This document shows positions 56,543 to 64,000 of a DNA stretch of 64,000 nucleotides, piece after piece. Numbering within the stretch: the stretch's first letter is position 1; every line of letters starts with the position of its first letter. The notes beneath the pieces are model-generated. The model did no database searches, had not been told where the DNA came from, and was given only the letters and a program-made list of their open reading frames with translations. The position numbers and the translations under genes are program-made. The DNA comes from Proteromonas lacertae (lineage: Eukaryota): the NCBI GenBank assembly GCA_002245135.1, contig NGBS01000894.1:1-64000 (forward strand). The letters are read 5' to 3'.

Positions 56543-57767
56543 ATGATCCCTAATATTTTGTTTAAAGCGCAACATTTAACTAAAACTGTGTTTGGAAAAG
56601 AGACTTCTACTTATTTCCCAGAGATTATTTCAAAGTATGGAAAGAAAGGATTAATTGTAACAACCAAACCTTTTGCCATCCAGTATATTGACATCTACCA
56701 TCGAATCATCAAAAGAAGAATACGGATTTACATATAATAGACTAGTTTTAGATGGATCTCCAACAACAAAATTTATTGACAAGGCAGTAGAGTTTGCCCA
56801 TGATAAAAATGTTGATTTTATATTAAGTATTGGAGGAGGAAGTGTTTTAGATGCAGGTAAAATGATAGCAGGATTATACACAAATGGAGGAGTAACCAGT
56901 GATTATATAAGGCAATTAGGTAATAATAGCAAATTTACAGAACCTGCACTGCCATGTATAACAATACCCACACTCCCTGGTACTGGTTCAGAAGTGTCAC
57001 ATTCAGTTATTATAACAGTTGAAGATTTAGGCAGAAGGTTTATGGTTAATTCAGAATATTTATCACCAACAGCCTGTATAATAGATCCAGTACTAACTTA
57101 CAATACACCACATTCATTAACAGCAATAAGTTCTTTATCATCTATAATATTGTGTATTGAAACGTTTGTGTCGAAATATAGTAATCCATATTCAGATTTA
57201 TTTGCATTGGAAGGTATTAAAAAAGGATTAGAATCTATCATGGTTGCATATAAAAATCCAACAGATGAGACTGCAAGAAGTAATTTGTATATTTATTTGT
57301 TTATATATTCTTATTATTTAATTACTTATAGAGCTTTTGCATCATTTTGTGGAGGAGTAGCAAGTAATTCATCTTCTAAAGGAGCTATCAGTGGAATAGC
57401 ATCACCAGTATCCTGTAGATTAGGTATACCATATGGTCAAGTATATGTGTCACTACTTTTGCCTGTATTAAGAACCAATTTGGCATTAATGAAGAAGAAA
57501 TCTCAGTCAATTGCAAAATATGAAACAATAGCTAGTTTAATTCCAGGTAGAAGAATTTTTAATAAAGCTTCACCGAATGCTATGATTACATATTTTGAAG
57601 ATTTGATTGCTGATATTGATGTTCCTGTTGTTGATAAAGATGTTATTACACAAGAACAATTTGATTCAATGATTTTTGATATTATGAGTTCTACAAGCAC
57701 GGAAGGAAATCCAACTCGTTTGACTCAACAGGATATTGAAGATATATTGGATGATATATTGTGTTAA
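56543..57767 (+). CDS. Iron-containing alcohol dehydrogenase family protein with the metal ligands substituted
   Basis: TKTVFGK...KKGLIVT, IGGGSVLDAGK, IPTLPGTGSEV and IIDPVLT; +1 frameshift near 56677; 45-nt intron at 57287-57331. Confidence 0.88.
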
Positions 57768-57883
57768 TTTATTAAGCTGATATTTATGTTTTTAGTATTT
57801 GTTAAAATGGGTTATTGAAAAAAATAGAAAAGCCACTTCTCAAACCTTAAGGACAAACATTTCTCATTTTATTTTTTAAATTT

Positions 57884-58223
57884 ATGGGAGATTCAACACC
57901 TAATTATACATGGGAACGTATAAAAGAAGTTCAACCATTAGTCGAAAAGTGTTTACAACATTATCTATCCGCTGTATCAAGATCTTTTTAATTCTTAAGG
58001 CTGAGATTGTTGCTACTCTTAGAAGTGCTGCTCAAATTGAGCCAAAACTAACATGCACTGTTCTGAGGATATTAAATGAGGAGAATGTGGTATTATTAGA
58101 ATTTTGTTATTTTGATAGGATTTTTTTAAAGGATATAACTTGATGTTGCAGATTAAAGATCAGATTGTCACATTCAACTATTTAGTAGAACAACAACAAA
58201 AACTTCAAAACCCTAATATGTAA
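57884..58223 (+). CDS. A_thal_3526 / TIGR01589 family small protein
   Basis: Removing introns 57974-57999 and 58090-58118 gives MGDSTPNYTWERIKEVQPLVEKCLQHYLSAAEIVATLRSAAQIEPKLTCTVLRILNEENVDFFKGYNLMLQIKDQIVTFNYLVEQQQKLQNPNM, matching VQ.L.E.CL..Y.S..E...I.P..T..V...L.EEN..FFK.Y. Confidence 0.8.
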
Positions 58224-58283
58224 ATTAAATGTAATTATGTATTTTTGCTGTTGATATAAATAGATAAACAAATTAAATAAATC

Positions 58284-59399
58284 TTATTTCCCTTTACCAA
58301 ATGAACTAATCAGCACTTTATCACAAATATGAATATTTTCTTTACTATTGTGAGTTTTCACTGGTTTTTTAAATATTTTAATCAATTCTTTCTTCTGTTC
58401 TTCTGTTAATGATTTAGGCATTTCAATTTTATATTTAATAAACAATCTTCCATAATTACCTTTAATATCAGGCATTCCAAGACCATTAACAGCTCTAATT
58501 GTTCCAGATGAATATATATCATTAGGTTTCGATTGTATTGTTATATTCTTTCCATCTAAATGAGGAATAGTAAAATCAACTCCAGTTAAAGCATCAACCA
58601 ACGATATTGTTTTAACACACAACAAATCACTTCCTTGTCTTTGATATATTTGATGATCCTTTTCTTTTATATGGAATATTATATCTCCTGGTATAGAATG
58701 AGGAAGTTCATCTGCACATCCAATTAATTTTACTATATCTCCATCTTCTGAACCTGGCTTTATTACTACTTTCATTACTTCTTTAACTCTAACAGTCTTT
58801 TTACCATTACACACTTTGCATTTATCTTGTTTCTTAATAATTGTTCCTTCTCCTTTACAATCTGGACATATTTCTTCTACACCAGTTACGGTTTCTGTAT
58901 CTATGAATTTTCCTTTTAATATTTTTCCTAATCCATTACATTTTTTACATTTATGAACATTTCCAGGATTCTTTGCTCCATATCCTTTGCAATTACTACA
59001 TACTTTAGTTCTACTAAGAGTGAATGATTTTTCAACACCTTTATACAGCTCTTCAAGTGTAATTGGTAAATCGTGGTGAATATCTTCTGTTTTTATTACT
59101 TTCTTTGTTTCTTTTGATTTATTTATATTATTTGAAAACTCATCAAATGGATCAACTAAATCATCTGATGTGACAAAGTCGTTTTCTAATCCTTCTTCAC
59201 CATATCTATCATAAATTGCTCTTTTATTTGTATTAACTAGTATTTCATATGCATGAGTGATTTCTTTGAATTTTTCTACATCACCACCTCTATCTGGATG
59301 ATGTTTAATTGCTAAATTTCTGAAAGATTGCTTAATCTCTTCCGTTGACGCAGTTTGTGGAACTTCTAATAATTCATAATATTTTGTATCACCAGACAT
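58284..59399 (-). CDS. Type I DnaJ/Hsp40 (DNAJA/Ydj1-like); the frame stays open upstream to 59582
   Basis: J domain with HPD (KHHPDRGGD), four CxxCxGxG-type zinc motifs and the C-terminal substrate-binding domain. Confidence 0.92.
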   Translation of the reverse strand: MSGDTKYYELLEVPQTASTEEIKQSFRNLAIKHHPDRGGDVEKFKEITHAYEILVNTNKRAIYDRYGEEGLENDFVTSDDLVDPFDEFSNNINKSKETKKVIKTEDIHHDLPITLEELYKGVEKSFTLSRTKVCSNCKGYGAKNPGNVHKCKKCNGLGKILKGKFIDTETVTGVEEICPDCKGEGTIIKKQDKCKVCNGKKTVRVKEVMKVVIKPGSEDGDIVKLIGCADELPHSIPGDIIFHIKEKDHQIYQRQGSDLLCVKTISLVDALTGVDFTIPHLDGKNITIQSKPNDIYSSGTIRAVNGLGMPDIKGNYGRLFIKYKIEMPKSLTEEQKKELIKIFKKPVKTHNSKENIHICDKVLISSFGKGK

Positions 59400-60134
59400 G
59401 TCATATCCTTGGAATCCATGTAATGCATTTGCGAAATACCTTTTAAAATTGTATTGTTGATTTATAAACAATGATCTACGAACTGATTGAATTGAATAAC
59501 ACACTTTATACTGATTAATTGAATTTGTACGACATATTGCTATTGAAATATAAGAATACAGAAAAAAGCGATATATATTCAAAATCTTATAAAATAATTT
59601 AAGAAGATAATATACATTTTAATATCGCATTTCTTCTAACTATTGAGAAAAATGACATTTAAATTAGTAAGCTTGACAGGAATTCAAGCTTACATGAATT
59701 TTAAGATAGTAAATGTCAATTTTTTATGCTAATGCGCATACAATTTTAATCTAGAAACCAAGTTTAAGGTTTGTTCATTAGTCTTTCTACTCAATTATAC
59801 ATATTTTCAACAATTATCATATTTCCAGCTCATATAAAAATAAATATGTAGATTATAAGTTTAAGAGATGTTTTGATGATTGTAATTTCCCAATTTTCTA
59901 TTATGTATTAGATTCGCTTATTTTTAAATTTTCTTTTCAAGAAAGGCATACACTACTCATAATAATAAGAAAGAGTAAATAATAATCATCGTACACTATA
60001 TGCATTTAGATGAATTAACAAATACGTTGGTCGAGCGAAATTCAAGCCATTTTTTGTTTGATATAAAGGTATAGTTATTACACGATTAGTGGTCAACTCC
60101 TATAGATTTTTAAGACATTTCATTTCAAATCTTA

Positions 60135-63100
60135 ATGACGATTATTAGAGTGGGTATCGTTATGTTGGCTGCGTTGAATTTTTGCTGGGCGTTACAAGAT
60201 GTTTGTTCTACTGTTGGTGACGATTATGCGGATAGATCAATGTATGTGCTCGCTTGCTATTTATTTAGGAACAAACAAGACGTATGTAACAAGTGTTTGA
60301 GTTATAGAAGGGTGTGGATACTGTGCCTCAACCGGTATGTGTATGAAGGGAGATGAATCTGCACCAGCTGGTTCTGTGACTTGCCCAAATTGGGTTTACT
60401 CAAATGCTTCTTGTCCAGGTATAATAAGCTTTTTATATTCACTAGTTGTGCCTCAATGTGAGAAGTTGTTAAAATGTGACACTTGTGCTTCAGTAGATGG
60501 TTGCGTGTGGTGCGCATCACAAAGTGTCTGTGTTACACCATCAAAGGCATTTGAGGCTAAGTGTAGAGGTACAGTTTATCAATTACCATGTCCTGACAGT
60601 TATTCCAAGACGAATGAAGTTATTGGTAATTTGAATGTTGTTTATGACCCTGTGTTTGGAGGAGGTGAATTCCATGTAAAAGGTCAAGACGAAAGATTTC
60701 TGCTAGATTTAGATCAAAGCTATTATGTATTATCAGAAAGAAGTATTGTTATTGATGTTCTAGGCGATGATGAAGCAAATCAAACAACCCGTATTGCTTT
60801 ATTCAGAGCAGGTGATAGTATTAGAAAATCAAAAAGTGTAGGTGGAAGAATAATCATAAAAGCTGGTGATGATAAAGGAAAAGCAGAAAATATCAATAGA
60901 AAAGACAGTGGAGGTGGAACTCTTAGAATGTGTGCTGCCAATACAACATTAAATATTGGTGGTTCAATATATATTAAAGGTGGAGATAGTGATAGTGGAA
61001 TTGGTGGTGATGTAAATGTATTATCAGGAAATGGATCAATTTCTGGTAATTTGAATGTTTCTACTTCTAAGAGTTATAAATCAGGTGATATGATAATAAG
61101 TACATCAAAAGGTAATATCACCTCTGGTAAAATCAATATTAATACTGGTGATTCAGGAAGAGGTAAAGCTGGTGATATTAGATTCAAAGTTAAGAGCAGT
61201 AATGATATAATAGCTGGTAGTATTATCTTCGAAGCTGGTTCTACTAATTCATCATTACAAGGTGGAAATGTTACTGTTGTATCTGGTAATAGTACTGAAG
61301 GCAAGAGTGGTAATATTAGTTTAAAAACTGCTTCTCAATTACTAGATACTGGTGATTTTATATTAGAAACTGGAAATGCTTTTGCTGATGAATCTGGTGA
61401 TATTAGTTTCAAAAGTGGTAATAGTGATGTTGAATCAGGATCAATATTAGTGAAAGGTGGATCTAGTAATGTTAGTGATGGTGGAAATATCACATTTCAA
61501 GGTGGAAATACAAAAGCAGATGAAAAATCACCTGGAACTGTAAAATCACATGCTGGAAGTTCAGAAGAAGGTAATGGAGGTGATATTTATGTAGAAAGTG
61601 GTGAATCTATTAACAATAGTAGTGGAAATGTTATAATGGAAGGTGGTGATTCTAAATCAGGTAAAGGTGGAGATATTGAGATGATCAGTGGTATTAGTGA
61701 GAATAAAAACAGTGGGAATATTTCTGTTAAAACTGGTTTAGCTTTCAATGAATCTGGTGATGTTAATATTGTAACAGGTGATTCTATGAATGCTACTGCA
61801 GGTTCTTTATTAGTTCAAACTGGAGATGCTGAAAAAGCTGGTAATATTACATTTAAAGGTGGAGATAGTTATGTAGAACCTGGTAATATTAATGTTATTG
61901 GAGGATCTTCAGAGAATGAAAAAGGTGGTTCTATTAGTTTTATATCAGGTGAAAGTCCTAATAATGACACTGGAAGTATTAATATTCATACTGCTAATGG
62001 AACTGAATATGGAACAGGTGATATTAATATTGAAACTGGTGAATCAAATATGACAAGTGGAAGTATATATTTTAACACTGGTAATGCAACTGAACAATCA
62101 GGTAATATCAATATGAATGTTGGTGTTAGTAAAAATGATAGTGGAAGTGATATTACCTTTAAAAGTGGTGATTCTGAGAATGTTGGTGGAAATACACTTA
62201 TTAAAGGTGGTGAAGGTGCATTAGCTGGTGGTAATGTTACAATTAAAGGTGGAAGTGGTGTTTTGAATGATTCTTTAGCTGGCGAAGGTGGTGATGTTGT
62301 TATTCAAAATGGTAATACTGAAAGAAATCCACAAAATATCACTGTTAAAGGTGGTAATAGTAAGAATGAAACAGGTGGTAATATAAGAATGGAATCTGGT
62401 GAAAGTAAAACTAAAAATAGTGGTAATGCTGAAATAATGACTGGCAATGAAGATGTGGATGGAATTAGTGGAAATATGTTATTTTCAACTGGTAATTCTA
62501 CAGTTTCAGCTGGAAATCTTACTATTAAAACAGGAACAACAAAGAATGGTTATCCAGGTAAAATATCAATGAAAATAGGTAAAACATTGAAAGGATTACC
62601 TGGAAATATTGAAATAGATGCAGGAAGCACAAATAATGGTAAAGAAGGTGGAAATGTTACATTTACTGGTGGTGATTCAACTTGTGAAATTGATGGAAAA
62701 GGTGGATCATTCCACGCAGAAGCAGGTAGTACAACTAGTCAATCACCAGATTCAAAAGGTGGAGATGCAACTGTAGCTTCAGGATCAGCAGATAAAGGTT
62801 CAGGAGGTGATGTAGTAGTATCATCTGGCTTTAGTCTCAGAAAGCACAGCGGTGATATTGTTATTAATACTCCTGAATCTGGTGTTTCTGGTATAAGTGG
62901 TAATATTGTGATTGAAGTTGGTGATGCTAATAAAACAGGTAATATTACATTTAACACTGGTGATGCATTTAATAGTTCAGCTGGAGATTTCTATTTAGAA
63001 GTTGGACAAAGTGATGTTGAGAAATCAGGTGAAATAAAAATGGCAGCTGGAGATTCTGATGCTGTGAATGGTGTTGGTGGTAAACTATTAATTAAAGGTG

Positions 63101-64000
63101 GTGATGGTAAAGGAACAGCTATTACTGATGGAGGAAGTGGTGGTAATATTGATATGAATGCTGGTCATGGTAATGGACAAAGCAGTAGTAATTCAGGAGG
63201 AAGTATATTATCAGTAGCTGGTTCAGCATTTACTGGTTATGGTGGTAATGTTGCTGCTACATCAGGAACAAGTACAACTGGTAGTAGTGGATCTTTAACT
63301 ATGAAGACATCTGATGCTAAATACAGTGGTGCGAGTGGATCTTTAGCTTATAAGACGGGTGATTCAGCAACTGATACATCAGGATCTTTACTTGTTCATG
63401 GTGGTGATAGTGCTGATAATTCTGGTGGTAAAGTTGATTTACAAGTTGGTTCATCAGCTGTTAAAACAGGAGGAAGAATTATTATCAATGCTGGCTTAGG
63501 TAATAATAAAGGTGGTGATATTGTATTTGAAGCAGGTAATAGTGAATATGAAAAGAGTGGAGATGTTGATATGAAAACAGCTGATAGTGCTAAATCTGGT
63601 GATATTGCTGTTAATACTGGTGATTCTTCAGTTGGAAATGCTGGTACTATTGCTATTAATACTGGATCAGTTTCAAATGGTAAAAGTGGTGATATTGATA
63701 TGAAAGCTGGTGATAGTGAAAAAGAAGATGGAGGAAAAGTTGATATTGAAGCTGGTGAAACTAATGGTTTTGGTAAAACTGGAGGAAAAGTAGGATTTTA
63801 TGGTGGTTTAAGTTCTAACACTAGTAAAGTTGGAGATAATGGTGGTAGTGTTAATCTTCAAGGTGGTGATTCATTAGGTAGTAATAGAATTAATGATGGT
63901 GGTGATATTTTATTAAAAGGAGGTAATGCTACATTTGCAAGTGGTGGTAATATCCATATAGTAAGTGGTGAATCTAATCAAGGAAATAGCGGAAATATCA
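60135..64000 (+). CDS. Secreted protein: signal peptide, two PSI-like Cys domains, long GGxIxIxxG beta-repeat region; 3'-truncated
   Basis: MTIIRVGIVMLAALNFCWA signal peptide; 27-nt introns at 60242-60268 and 60419-60445; +1 error near 60303. Cys domains CNKCLSIEGCGYCASTGMC...CP and CDTCASVDGCVWCASQSVC...CP. The frame is then open without a stop to 64000. Confidence 0.85.

Noticed and set aside
58128..58136. Second ATATCCTTT U12-like donor on the minus strand
   Set aside because: It lies antisense within a plus-strand exon (FFKGYN), so it is coincidental.
33090..58223. Alternative genetic code to explain fragmented ORFs
   Set aside because: In-frame stops fall inside gt...ag micro-introns, and TAA, TAG and TGA all terminate genes normally.
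60135..60356. 73-aa small secreted Cys-rich peptide as given in the ORF track
   Set aside because: It is the first exons of the long PSI/beta-repeat gene read through an intron and a +1 error.

Overview
Very AT-rich eukaryotic (protist) DNA with tiny GT-AG introns (about 26-45 nt), the standard genetic code (TAA, TAG and TGA all used as stops) and very short intergenic spacers. Gene content and intron style suggest a flagellated anaerobic stramenopile (Proteromonas/Blastocystis relative); this is inference only. Bases 1-32978 are the intronless 3' part of one giant gene (about 11,000 codons in the window, start upstream). It encodes a Gly/Ser/Ile beta-repeat fibre-like protein built from mosaic near-identical DNA modules and broken by about 22 small indels, many of which look like consensus errors. 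A second member of this family starts at 60135 and runs off the window: signal peptide, two PSI-like Cys domains, then GGxIxIxxG repeats. The ORF track misses it. Between them lie compact genes: TMEM43-like, PH/coiled-coil, SANBR/KIAA1841, ABHD17-like, LRR, two hypotheticals, a stand-alone PKS-type acyltransferase, PanK with a CS domain and a candidate U12 intron, TFIIIC90-like, an Fe-ADH lacking its metal ligands, an A_thal_3526-family gene and a type I DnaJ. There are also tRNA-Pro(TGG), an intron-containing tRNA-Tyr(GTA) and a decayed 5 kb region.
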